From Phaeodactylibacter sp. (GTDB taxonomy: Bacteria > Bacteroidota > Bacteroidia > Chitinophagales > Saprospiraceae), in the NCBI RefSeq assembly GCF_022763345.1, contig NZ_JALEGS010000021.1, positions 35,083 to 99,082 of the forward strand: a stretch of DNA of 64,000 bases. The letters run 5' to 3'. The translations under genes and the position numbers were made by a program. The notes below the pieces were generated by a model. It had not been told where the DNA came from and did no database searches. It worked only from the letters and a program-made list of their open reading frames with translations. This document shows, in pieces, positions 19,888 through 29,273 of this stretch. Every line of letters begins with the position of its first letter. The first letter of the stretch is position 1.

Positions 19888-20586
19888 TCACTTCATTTTT
19901 GAAGGGTAAAATAGCAATTTCCAAAGCAAATCCACTGCGGTGGTAACGCCCATAACCAGGTCCTGCCCCTTGTTAAGCGAGTAGTCGGTATAAGTAACCT
20001 GAATGGGAGCCTCAGCAATCATTAGCCCTTTTTCTTCAGCTTGCACAATCATTTCGCTACAGTAGCCAAAACCATCGAGCCGGAGCCGGAGATTGCGTAT
20101 GGCCCGTGCACTGAGCAACCGGAAGCCGGTCTGCGTATCCGAATAGCTGCGCTTGCAGAAGGTATTCGTCAGTACATTGGAGATGCGGTTGTACAGTATG
20201 CGTGTGGGTGGGATGCCAGGCGAAGGGTCCAGGAATCGGCTGCCCAGAACGATATCGGCTTCTGTTTGGGCCTGTACTTCCACCAGCCTGTGGATGTCTT
20301 CAGGGTGGTGCTGCCCATCGGCATCAATTTGCACCACACATTTCCATCCCTGCCGCCTTGCGTAAGCCAGGCCGGTCTGCGCTGCGGCCCCTGCGCCACG
20401 GTTGATGGGGTGGGAGAGGACACGTGCCCCGGCTCGCCGGGCTTGTATAGCCGTATCGTCTTTGCTGCCATCATCAATGACCAGTACATTTGGAAAACCA
20501 CTGCCAATCACCTTGGACACGACCTGATCGATGACAGGCCCTTCGTTGTAGGCGGGAATGACAATCCATATTTGTTCTGGTCGCAT
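19888..20586 (-). CDS. GT2 polyprenol-phosphate glycosyltransferase (DPM synthase-like)
   Basis: IVIPAYNE, VIDDGSKD, NRGAGAA, QIDADGQH, SDTQTGFR; ATG 20586 avoids overlap with the upstream gene (ORF track 20712). Confidence 0.9.
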   Translation of the reverse strand: MRPEQIWIVIPAYNEGPVIDQVVSKVIGSGFPNVLVIDDGSKDDTAIQARRAGARVLSHPINRGAGAAAQTGLAYARRQGWKCVVQIDADGQHHPEDIHRLVEVQAQTEADIVLGSRFLDPSPGIPPTRILYNRISNVLTNTFCKRSYSDTQTGFRLLSARAIRNLRLRLDGFGYCSEMIVQAEEKGLMIAEAPIQVTYTDYSLNKGQDLVMGVTTAVDLLWKLLFYPSKMK

Positions 20587-20644
20587 TATTTTGGGGTTTG
20601 TGCATCTACCGGGTAAATAGATTTGGAATATACGTGCAATATAG

Positions 20645-21775
20645 TCATACGTGATTGGAGTCGGGTTGTTTCGCAGCAAGTTTTTGGAGTGCAGCCCGGC
20701 AGGCTTTGGCATGTGCGGTCCAGGTAAATTGCCCCGCCCACTCCATCGATCGTTCCCTTAGGGCTGACCTTGCTGACTCGTCCAGTTGGTCTACTTCCTG
20801 CATTTGCCGGGCTATGGATGCAGGCTCCTGATAATCGGCATAGTAAGCGACTGCACCGCCTACTTCAGGCAAACTGGATACAGAAGAGCAAATTACCGGG
20901 CACCCGCAGCGCATAGCCTCAAGCACAGGCAGCCCAAAACCTTCGTACTCCGAAGGATAAATTAAGGCTTGTGCATGGCTGTACAGCTGAGGCAGCGCCT
21001 CGTCTGGCACAAAGCCGGTCAGGAGAATGTCTGCCCGGTACGGGTGCTGTTCCAGGGCTTCGAAGAACGGCTCAGATTTCCATCCCCGCTGCCCGGCTAC
21101 AATAAGCTGTCCGCTGCCGCCATTTTGCCGGTACTGCTGATAAGCCATTAGGAGGTTGACGAGGTTCTTCCGAGGCTCGATAGTGCCTACTGTAAGCCAG
21201 TAGGGTGAACAAATACCCTGCTGATCAAGCCAGTCCCGTGTTTTTAGTGGAGTGAGGTTAGGATTGGCCCCGAGGTGAGCCGCAATCACTTTGCCCTCCA
21301 GAAATGGGAAATGCTCGAGGACATCTTTGCGTGTATGCCGGGAATTGGTGATGACCAGGCTTGCCCTTTTGAGTATACCTTTGAGGAACAGGCGTTGCAG
21401 CATCTGACTGTGCCAAAGGTGGTACTGTGGGAAGAGCAAAGGCGTCAGATCATGGATTACCGTTACCCGGTGGACATGCCGCGGCAAATTGAACGGGCCA
21501 AAGTGAGCAGGCTCCAATACGACATCCACTCTGTACTGCCGGAGCAGATAAGGGACAATAAAAAACATGCGGAAGGCGGCGAATACCAACCCAAATCGGT
21601 TATTGGGCACTACGAGGGACTGCGTGCCTGGTATAGCAGGAGTGGCTTTCTCCCGCACCAGCAGGTACTCATTATCAGAGTCGAGCTGGACTAAAGCTGT
21701 GATAAGCTCACGGGTATAGACATGTACACCGCCACGTTGATTGTCCAGAGGGTCCGCAAGTATGGCTATTTTCAT
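20645..21775 (-). CDS. GT4 family glycosyltransferase (MtfB/WbaZ-like)
   Basis: [37 protein letters not shown] 21775 (MKIAILAD). Confidence 0.9.
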   Translation of the reverse strand: MKIAILADPLDNQRGGVHVYTRELITALVQLDSDNEYLLVREKATPAIPGTQSLVVPNNRFGLVFAAFRMFFIVPYLLRQYRVDVVLEPAHFGPFNLPRHVHRVTVIHDLTPLLFPQYHLWHSQMLQRLFLKGILKRASLVITNSRHTRKDVLEHFPFLEGKVIAAHLGANPNLTPLKTRDWLDQQGICSPYWLTVGTIEPRKNLVNLLMAYQQYRQNGGSGQLIVAGQRGWKSEPFFEALEQHPYRADILLTGFVPDEALPQLYSHAQALIYPSEYEGFGLPVLEAMRCGCPVICSSVSSLPEVGGAVAYYADYQEPASIARQMQEVDQLDESARSALRERSMEWAGQFTWTAHAKACRAALQKLAAKQPDSNHV

Positions 21776-21796
21776 GATTTTGACCTGTGCTGAATG

Positions 21797-21804
21797 CAAA
21801 GGTA
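21797..21804 (-). promoter_or_regulatory. Bacteroidota -7 promoter box for the GT operon
   Basis: TACCTTTG on the minus strand (TAnnTTTG), 22 nt upstream of ATG 21775. Confidence 0.6.
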
Positions 21805-21885
21805 CAATCTTTGTGCCAACCTTTGAGCGATGGAGATGGCCCTAACATGCAGGACAAGCAATTGGAAAAAAGTATATTCGCCACC

Positions 21886-23310
21886 ATGAGTACTGATAAA
21901 AAGCGAATACCTGAGACGGGCCGGGATCCGGAAAAGCTGCTGGCAGAAATGGAAAGTTTTAAGTCTGGTGATGCCCGCTGGAAGGAAGGCCGCACCTGGA
22001 GTATGGTTTATCAGGTGGATGAAGCCCATAATAAGTTTTTAAAGCAGGCCTCGAACCTATTCTTCTCAGAAAGCTACATCAACCCCTTCGCCTTTGAGAG
22101 CCTTCAGCGTATGGAAAAAGAAGTAGTTGCTATGACGGCGGGCATGCTGCACGGGGATGAGCAGGTTGCAGGAACGATGACTTCCGGCGGCACGGAGAGC
22201 ATTTTCCTGGCGCTGTACACCTATCGGGAGTGGGGACGTAAGGCCAAACGAGGCTGTACCGAAGTGGTCGCGCCGGCTACCATCCACCCGGCTTTCGAGA
22301 AAGCAGCTCACATCCTTGGGCTTCAAATAAAGAAAGTGGAAGTGGGAGAAGATGGGAAAGCAGATGTGGAAGCCATGCGGCTGAGGATCGGGCCCAAGAC
22401 TTTGATGCTTGCTGCTTCTGCACCTTCTTATCCGCATGGGTTACTCGACCCGATTCCATCTATTGCTCAGATCGCACAGCAGCATCAGTTGCCTTTTCAT
22501 GTGGATGCCTGCATTGGGGGGTTCATGTTGCCATGGGTGGAGCAGTTGCGACCAGAACTCGTCCATCCGTGGGACTTCCGGCTGCCTGGCGTCACTTCCA
22601 TGTCCGCAGATACGCACAAGTTTGCCTACGGGGCAAAGGGCAGCTCGGTCTTGTTGTACCGGAGTATGACCTACCTCAGGCATCAGTTTTTTATAACCAC
22701 CGACTGGGCAGGAGGCATTTACGCTTCAGCTACGCTTCTTGGGTCACGTTCCGGCGGCCCTATCGCAGCAGCCTGGGCCGCGATGAACAGCCTCGGGCGG
22801 CAGCGGTACCTGGAGCTCGCCCGTCAGGTAATGGTGGGGGTGGATCAGCTCAAAGCCGCGATTGAAAGCATACCGGAGCTGGAATGGATTGGCGCACCTT
22901 GTATGAATATCCTGGCTTTTAAGACCCGGAATAACCGGCCGGATATTTTCGTAATCGCAGATGCACTTGCAGAAAAAGGCTGGTATGTAGACCGGCAGCA
23001 GCGCCCCAACTGCATCCACGTGACGGTTATGCCTCAGAATTTGCCAGTACTGGAAACTTACATCGCTGATTTGCGGGCAGCGATCGCTTTCGCGAAAGCG
23101 AACCCTAAAGCGAATGCGGAAGGCAATGCGGCACTCTATGGGCTTATGGCAAGGATCCCCTTCCGGGGAATGGTGGCGCAAAATGTGCGTAAAATGTTTG
23201 AAACCTTGTACGGAGAGCCCGTAGAGGAGGACACCTCTACCGAACCTGAACCTGCTAAGTGGATGGGCTGGGCGAATCGTTTGCTTAGCTTCAACCCGTT
23301 TCGGCGGTAA
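21886..23310 (+). CDS. PLP-dependent sphingosine-1-phosphate lyase-like enzyme
   Basis: TSGGTESI, SAPSYPHG, HVDACIGGF, SADTHKFAYGAKGSS (PLP Lys), YASATLLGSRSGG, AALYG…IP tail; ATG 21886 preferred over 21787. Confidence 0.8.
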   Translation: MSTDKKRIPETGRDPEKLLAEMESFKSGDARWKEGRTWSMVYQVDEAHNKFLKQASNLFFSESYINPFAFESLQRMEKEVVAMTAGMLHGDEQVAGTMTSGGTESIFLALYTYREWGRKAKRGCTEVVAPATIHPAFEKAAHILGLQIKKVEVGEDGKADVEAMRLRIGPKTLMLAASAPSYPHGLLDPIPSIAQIAQQHQLPFHVDACIGGFMLPWVEQLRPELVHPWDFRLPGVTSMSADTHKFAYGAKGSSVLLYRSMTYLRHQFFITTDWAGGIYASATLLGSRSGGPIAAAWAAMNSLGRQRYLELARQVMVGVDQLKAAIESIPELEWIGAPCMNILAFKTRNNRPDIFVIADALAEKGWYVDRQQRPNCIHVTVMPQNLPVLETYIADLRAAIAFAKANPKANAEGNAALYGLMARIPFRGMVAQNVRKMFETLYGEPVEEDTSTEPEPAKWMGWANRLLSFNPFRR

Positions 23311-23442
23311 CCCTAAAAGAAACGGAAAAAAACAGAATTGATGATTTATGCCACTGCAATTTTTGCCGTAAAAACCTATTTTTGTTTCAAAAGCACCAAC
23401 CCATCTGCGAACGATAAAGCCAAATTTAAAAACAAGAAATAT

Positions 23443-23901
23443 ATGTTTAAAAGTATCGATGCCCTTTCGCCTCAGGACCAGAAAGTATTGTACGATGCCG
23501 TGCCTCAGGTGGTCTTGCTTGTTGCTGGTGCTGATGGAATAATCGACGATTCAGAACTGGCAGCCAGTGAAAAAGTAGCTCATGTCCGGTCTTTCGATTT
23601 TCATCCGGAATGGATGGCGTTTTATGAAAAACTGGACCAGGAACTTCATGAGCGGTTACTGGCTATGATCCTGGAATTGCCAAGGGACACGGAACCACGT
23701 CAGGCAGAGCTGGTTAGCCGGCTTTCTAAAGTCAATCCTGTACTCAAAAAAATTGATAAGCGGCAGGCCCGCCATTTTTACGAGGGGCTGTTGAGCCTGG
23801 CAGGCCATGTAGCCAAGGCCTCCGGTGGGTTTATCGGTTGGTTGAGTATCGGGCCCAAAGAAGCAAAGGTGACCGATTTGCCAATGATAGACCCGGTCTG
23901 A
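23443..23901 (+). CDS. TerB-like protein
   Basis: LVAGADGIIDDSE motif, helical, VAKASGGFIG…IGPKE; ATG 23443 preferred over 23338. Confidence 0.55.
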   Translation: MFKSIDALSPQDQKVLYDAVPQVVLLVAGADGIIDDSELAASEKVAHVRSFDFHPEWMAFYEKLDQELHERLLAMILELPRDTEPRQAELVSRLSKVNPVLKKIDKRQARHFYEGLLSLAGHVAKASGGFIGWLSIGPKEAKVTDLPMIDPV

Positions 23902-24024
23902 TTTAAGTTGGTATTTTTTGGGATAGTAGTGAACATGGCTTTTGTTTTCCGGTAAAGTAAAGGTAACTTATATGTTGCACTGGGTATTGTGTACCCGTTT
24001 TACTTTACCAAAACCTATGTATTT

Positions 24025-24408
24025 ATGAAAGCATTACTACTATCCCTGACCTTACTGTTCAGCCTTATTGCCGTGGTTCCTGCCCATGCGGCTGCCGCTG
24101 TCCAAACAGCTGCCACTGAAATTGCAGCAGAAGAAGCCCCCCAACTAACCAAGCGGGAAATCCGTAAGAAGAAACGGCAGGAACGCCGTGCTAAACGGAA
24201 GGCGATCCGTGCAGCCATCAAGGACTGGCGTAAGGCTGATATATCGGAGAATGCGCTGCTGCTCATAATCATTACCATTTTGCTTCCACCTTTAGGAATG
24301 TTGCTTTTTGAAGGCGCACTGACCACAAGGGTATTGATTTCACTGCTTCTTACCGTGCTATTTTACCTCCCCGGATTGATTTACACACTTATAGTGATCT
24401 TAGGGTAA
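24025..24408 (+). CDS. YqaE/Pmp3 family membrane protein with N-terminal signal peptide and basic helix
   Basis: C-terminal IITILLPPLG…LLLTVLFYLPGLIYTLIVI. Confidence 0.85.
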   Translation: MKALLLSLTLLFSLIAVVPAHAAAAVQTAATEIAAEEAPQLTKREIRKKKRQERRAKRKAIRAAIKDWRKADISENALLLIIITILLPPLGMLLFEGALTTRVLISLLLTVLFYLPGLIYTLIVILG

Positions 24409-24435
24409 CTTGAAAAATTTAGGTATTTGCCTTAT

Positions 24436-24480
24436 CAGCCGCAGGCGCTTAACTGAGAAAGCGCCTGCGGCTGTTTGTTT
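24436..24480 (+). terminator. Rho-independent terminator
   Basis: Perfect 15-bp stem cagccgcaggcgctt / aagcgcctgcggctg followed by tttgttt. Confidence 0.8.
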
Positions 24481-24676
24481 GTAGGTGAAATGTAAAGAAT
24501 TACCGGGAGTACCGGTAGGCTTGTCGTTTGTAGCAGGGCAAAATCAACAAACCCTCTTTTCCATGCATTTATAGTTTGAAAGGATCGGTGACAAAGCCGC
24601 ATTTCTGCGTCTAACAACAGCGCTCCTACACAGAGCGCAAAAAAGGCAGCGGATCTTCCTGCTAAAAAGCAACTAC

Positions 24677-25699
24677 ATGTTCATCTGGATCGGGTTTATC
24701 ACCCTTGTGTTTTTTCTTCTGGCCCTCGACCTGGGCGTTTTCAACCGCAATCCTCATGCCATTACCACGCGTGAGGCATTGGGGTGGACAACGTTGTGGG
24801 TGAGCCTTTCTTTGCTATTCAGTGTGTTTGTATATTTTGCTTACGGCAATGGATGGATCGCGAATCCTGAATCCCTCACTGCAAAAGATGCTGTGCTCAA
24901 GTACCTGACCGGCTACCTGGTCGAGCAGTCCCTAAGCATGGACAATATCTTCGTGATTGCCATGATTTTCTCTTATTTCAGTATTCCACAAAAGTACCAG
25001 CACCGGGTTTTGTTTTGGGGCATTCTTGGTGCCTTGGTGTTCCGTGGCATCATGATTTTCCTTGGCGTCGTCCTGATTCAGAAATTTGCATGGCTGACTT
25101 ATGTGTTTGGCGTATTTCTGCTTTACTCTGCCTACAAGATGTGGTCTTCACATGAGGCTGCCCACCCCAATAAGAATCCGGTAATCAAATACGTAAGCCG
25201 GCTCATTCCAGTAACTAAAGAGTTTGACGGAGAGCATTTCTTTGTGAAACGCAAACACATCACCGCGGCAACGCCATTGTTCGTTGCGCTTATGGTGGTG
25301 GAAACCACGGATGTGATGTTCGCCTTTGACAGTATCCCTGCCATTTTTGCCATTACAACAGACCCCTTCCTGGTCTTCACGTCCAATATTTTTGCCATTC
25401 TGGGACTGCGTTCCCTGTACTTCGTGCTAGCGTCTGTACTGGATCGCTTCAAGTACCTGCAGCACGCACTTGTTTTCATCCTCGCCTATGTAGGCGTGAA
25501 GATGCTATTGGTGCATCAGATTCATATTCCAGAATGGTTGTCCCTAATCGTCATTTTCGTATCTCTGGGTGCTGGGGTGCTATTTTCCCTTTACAAAGCG
25601 CCTAAAGCGGAAGAAGCCCCGGCAGAAGAAGCCGCGCAGGATATTGCTGAGTCTGCTTCCAGGCAGTTGGATGCCCGTGCAGAGGGGAAGGAGCAGTAA
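24677..25699 (+). CDS. TerC/Alx family membrane protein
   Basis: YLVEQSLSMDNIFV, VLFWGILGALVFRG, ETTDVMFAFDSIPAIFAIT, SNIFAILGLRSLYF. Confidence 0.92.
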   Translation: MFIWIGFITLVFFLLALDLGVFNRNPHAITTREALGWTTLWVSLSLLFSVFVYFAYGNGWIANPESLTAKDAVLKYLTGYLVEQSLSMDNIFVIAMIFSYFSIPQKYQHRVLFWGILGALVFRGIMIFLGVVLIQKFAWLTYVFGVFLLYSAYKMWSSHEAAHPNKNPVIKYVSRLIPVTKEFDGEHFFVKRKHITAATPLFVALMVVETTDVMFAFDSIPAIFAITTDPFLVFTSNIFAILGLRSLYFVLASVLDRFKYLQHALVFILAYVGVKMLLVHQIHIPEWLSLIVIFVSLGAGVLFSLYKAPKAEEAPAEEAAQDIAESASRQLDARAEGKEQ

Positions 25700-25707
25700 G
25701 GGCATTG

Positions 25708-26145
25708 CTATCTGGGGATAAGCATATCTTTTACTACGCCCCAAATGGCAAATTCCATATCTGGCTCTAGTTGAACTGTTTCTTCATCAGTTTGAATGCT
25801 AATCTCTTCTTCTTGCATGTGCAGGCGGCATACGATAAAACTGCCTTCAAAATAGGCGACTATAATGTCCCGGTGGCGTGGCGTGGCCTGCCGGTCAACA
25901 ACTGCAATATACCCGGGCAGAAAGCCTTCACTGCCCAGTGTTTCCTGGCTGACCCTCAGAAAAAAGGTATGTGCCGGGTGGCGGATGAGCGCCAGGCTCA
26001 AATCCAGCCTGATGAAGTTGTACTCCTCGCCTGGTAGCGGAAAGCTTTTGCCATCACTAGCCTCTACTTGCAGGTAGGGGGTCATCTCGTCCATGTCCAC
26101 AACAGGGACGGTCTGAAAATCCTCGTAGGACCGTATTTTTACCAT
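25708..26145 (-). CDS. UmuD/S24-like protein with degenerate catalytic residues
   Basis: LDLSLALIRHPAHTFFLRV…IAVVDR…DIIVAY…GSFIVCRL…IWGVV follows the UmuD pattern but lacks the Ser-Met and Lys. Confidence 0.7.
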   Translation of the reverse strand: MVKIRSYEDFQTVPVVDMDEMTPYLQVEASDGKSFPLPGEEYNFIRLDLSLALIRHPAHTFFLRVSQETLGSEGFLPGYIAVVDRQATPRHRDIIVAYFEGSFIVCRLHMQEEEISIQTDEETVQLEPDMEFAIWGVVKDMLIPR

Positions 26146-26471
26146 CGCACATTTTGTTTTGTTAATACAATTTTAAAAACAAAAAGTTTTTAATGCAAGT
26201 ATTTGTGTGGTTTTTTATTCAGAATTGTTTTCCGCTTCCCCCCAGCTTCCGAAATACCTCAGAGTTTAGCTATCTTCGGGCGAAAATCAGAGGGCCGGCT
26301 GAACATCCGGAATTGGGCATCCTTTGAAACTGAAGTAAGCGTATGGCGCAGGAATGCGAAGCAAAAGGCCCGTGTGGCTGGAGGCTGGCGCTGTTCGAAC
26401 TATCCTCTACGGCTTTGATCGTTCCCGGCAGCTTACTTTATTTTGATTACCAAAACCTTATTCCTTTTAAC

Positions 26472-28517
26472 ATGGCAGATCCTACAATCACACAAAAAGC
26501 CGCAGACAACATCCGTGTGCTTTCCGCCGCAATGGTGGAAAAAGCGAGCTCCGGTCACCCCGGCGGCGCTATGGGCGGTGCAGACTTTATGCACATCCTG
26601 TTCACGGAGTACATGAACTACGACCCCAAAGACACAGCCTGGCCCTTCCGTGACCGGTTCTTTCTTGACCCCGGCCATATGTCCGCGATGCTGTACAGCC
26701 AACTCCACCTGCTGGGGCATTACAGCACAGAAGACCTTGAAAATTTCCGGCAGTGGGGCAGCCCAACGCCGGGCCACCCGGAGATCGACGTAGCCCGTGG
26801 TGTGGAGAATACTTCCGGTCCGCTGGGACAGGGGCACACTTTTGGCATCGGTGCCGCAATTGCTGAGCGCTTCCTGGCCCACCGTTTTGGGGAGTGGACA
26901 GCGCACAAAACCTACATTTACATCTCTGATGGCGGCATTCAGGAAGAGATTGCACAGGGTGCCGGGCGTACGGCAGGCTACCTTGGCCTGGGCAATGTGG
27001 TGATGTTCTACGATGCTAATGACATTCAGCTGTCAAGCGAAGTCAGCGAAGTTATGGACGAGGATACAGGCAAGAAATACGAAGCCTGGGGCTGGCACGT
27101 GCAGACGATTGAGGGCAACGATCCTGATGCCATCCGTAAGGCATTGGATGCCGCTGTAGCGGAAACGAACCGCCCTTCCCTCATTATTGGCAAGACCATC
27201 ATGGGTAAGGGAGCAGTAACTGAAGAAGGCGAGTCCTTCGAGCGTCAGGTGTCCACCCACGGCAAGCCGCTGAGCGGTGCCGGTGCCTCTTTTGAGAAAA
27301 CCGTTAAGGCGCTGGGTGGCGACCCGGATAACCCATTCGCGGTTTTCCCGGAAGTGGCAGAATTCTACGAAGAGGTGAAGACCGAAAAGCACGCTTATGC
27401 CGAACAAAAGCGGGCCGAACAGGAAGCCTGGGCTTCCGAAAACCCGGAGCTGGCGGATAAGTTGGAGCAGTACCTTTCCCGTGAGCTGCCGGAGCTTGAC
27501 TGGGCTGGTATCAAACAAAAGCCCGATCAGGCTACCCGTAGCGCTTCCGGTGCCGTGCTTAGCTATCTGGCAGATCACCTCGACAATATGATTGTCGCTT
27601 CTGCCGACCTTTCCAATAGCGATAAAACGGATGCCTTCCTCAAGAAGACCACTTCTTTTGTTAAAGGCGACTTTAGCGGTGCCTTTCTGCAGGCTGGCGT
27701 TTCCGAGCTGACTATGGCAGCACTGTGCACGGGTATGGCTTTGCACGGTGGCGTTATCCCGGTTTGCGCAACCTTCTTCGTCTTCTCCGACTTCATGAAG
27801 CCGACCATCCGCCTCGCCGCGCTGATGGAGCAGCCGGTAATTTTCATCTGGACGCACGATGCCTTCCGGGTAGGCGAGGACGGCCCCACGCACCAACCCA
27901 TCGAGCAAGAGGCTCAAATCCGCCTGCTGGAGCATCTGCAGAACCACTCCGGCCGCAACAGCTTTACCGCCCTGCGCCCTGCTGATGTGGACGAAACAAC
28001 CGTCGCCTGGCAGTTAGCCCTGGAAAACACCCACGGGCCGAGCGGGCTCATCCTTTCCCGTCAGGACATCAAAAGCCTACCCGCCAATGGCAGCCGCTAC
28101 GAAGCTGCTAAGGCAGCCGAAAAAGGTGCCTACATCGTCCAAAAGGAAGAGCGCGGCAACCCTGATCTCATCCTGGTCGGCAATGGCTCCGAAGTCGCTA
28201 CCCTGATCGAGGGCGCCAAGCTGCTGCGCGAGAAGAAAAAGCTCAATGTACGGGTTGTCTCCGCTCCATCCGAAGGCCTCTTCCGCAATCAGCCCATCAG
28301 CTATCAGCTGGACGTGCTGCCCTACGATGTGCCGACCTACGGCCTTACCGCCGGCCTGCCGGTCACCCTGCGCGGCCTGGTTGGCCCTCTGGGAGAGGTC
28401 GCAGGCCTGGACCACTTCGGGGAGTCCGCCCCCTACACCGTACTGGATGATAAATTCGGCTTCACTGCTGAGCGCGTCTACGAAGGTGCGGTGAGCTACC
28501 TGGAGGATTTTGAGTAA
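26472..28517 (+). CDS. tkt: Transketolase
   Basis: SGHPGGAMG, GHMSAMLY, TPGHPE, SGPLGQG, SDGGIQEE, THDAFRVGEDGPTHQP; ATG 26472 preferred over 26343. Confidence 0.97.
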   Translation: MADPTITQKAADNIRVLSAAMVEKASSGHPGGAMGGADFMHILFTEYMNYDPKDTAWPFRDRFFLDPGHMSAMLYSQLHLLGHYSTEDLENFRQWGSPTPGHPEIDVARGVENTSGPLGQGHTFGIGAAIAERFLAHRFGEWTAHKTYIYISDGGIQEEIAQGAGRTAGYLGLGNVVMFYDANDIQLSSEVSEVMDEDTGKKYEAWGWHVQTIEGNDPDAIRKALDAAVAETNRPSLIIGKTIMGKGAVTEEGESFERQVSTHGKPLSGAGASFEKTVKALGGDPDNPFAVFPEVAEFYEEVKTEKHAYAEQKRAEQEAWASENPELADKLEQYLSRELPELDWAGIKQKPDQATRSASGAVLSYLADHLDNMIVASADLSNSDKTDAFLKKTTSFVKGDFSGAFLQAGVSELTMAALCTGMALHGGVIPVCATFFVFSDFMKPTIRLAALMEQPVIFIWTHDAFRVGEDGPTHQPIEQEAQIRLLEHLQNHSGRNSFTALRPADVDETTVAWQLALENTHGPSGLILSRQDIKSLPANGSRYEAAKAAEKGAYIVQKEERGNPDLILVGNGSEVATLIEGAKLLREKKKLNVRVVSAPSEGLFRNQPISYQLDVLPYDVPTYGLTAGLPVTLRGLVGPLGEVAGLDHFGESAPYTVLDDKFGFTAERVYEGAVSYLEDFE

Positions 28518-28645
28518 AAGCATATCGCTTCATTGATAAATGGATGAGCGCCATTTCCTGTTTTTTGCGGGGATGGCGCTTGTTGTTACTGCTGGCTGGT
28601 CTGTCAGGCAGCGACTCCAGAGTTGCGATCTGACTTAAAGCAGAT

Positions 28646-28676
28646 GACCCCGGGAGCACTCCCTTCTCCCGGGGTC
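28646..28676. repeat. GC-rich REP-like hairpin
   Basis: gaccccgggag cactccctt ctcccggggtc, perfect 11-bp stem. Confidence 0.65.
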
Positions 28677-28696
28677 CTTAAATATGATAGCATACT

Positions 28697-28862
28697 AGCT
28701 CCCCAACAGGATCAAAGCGTTGCTGGTGTAGAGCTTGAGCCTAGCATTTCCGTAAGAGCTCTGCCCCAGCTTTGGTCTGGAAAAACCTATCGGATCCCGG
28801 TAAAGTACCGGGAGGGAAGCTCCCCGACAGGGCAGGAGCCTTGGGCTGCTGGTGTAGAGCTT
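28697..28862 (+). repeat. Two copies of a bipartite repeat
   Basis: agctcccc[a/g]acagg-(10 or 15 nt)-tgctggtgtagagctt at 28697..28736 and 28818..28862. Confidence 0.75.
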
Positions 28863-28903
28863 AATCTAAGCTATTGCCAAGTGTTCGTGGCAATCATTAA
28901 TTA

Positions 28904-29166
28904 GGGCAAACGCACCAAACGCGGTTTCCACGAAAACGTAGTGCAAAAGCTCCTGAAGAAGGGGGTTAGTTCAATTCTCGCCTCAAGCCAGCCACGTACG
29001 AGCCCTTATGGGCTGGGCTCTTCCTTTTTTTTCCGGTAAACCGGGACCAAAAAAGGAAGCAAAAACGCTAGAAATTCGCAAACTCCTCCGTCGAACATGC
29101 AATTTCGGCAGCCGCCACCCAATCTAACGTGTTCCGTGGCATGTTCTCATTTTGATGCGTTTGCCC
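28904..29166. mobile_element. MITE-like element (263 bp) with 16-bp terminal inverted repeats
   Basis: Left gggcaaacgcaccaaa vs reverse complement of right end gggcaaacgcatcaaa (15/16); tta on both flanks; internal hairpins; no ORF. Confidence 0.7.
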
Positions 29167-29273
29167 TTATCATTAATTAAAAAGATTGAAAAACATGTGA
29201 AAAGTTCTTAACTTGATAAGATAAGATGATCATGCAAGTTCATGTGTTCAACAGTAAACTAAATAAGTGGCTG

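Noticed and set aside
24481-24676. Possible yybP-ykoY (Mn) riboswitch upstream of the TerC gene
   Set aside because: Only gggagta and gtcgt resemble the consensus; the 3' GAGACC strand and four-way junction were not found. A cmscan with RF00080 would settle it
28697-28862. Mini CRISPR array
   Set aside because: Only two units, interrupted repeats, and no cas genes in the window
28955-28990. tRNA-like gttcaattc segment
   Set aside because: No T-stem, acceptor stem or anticodon arm; lies inside the MITE
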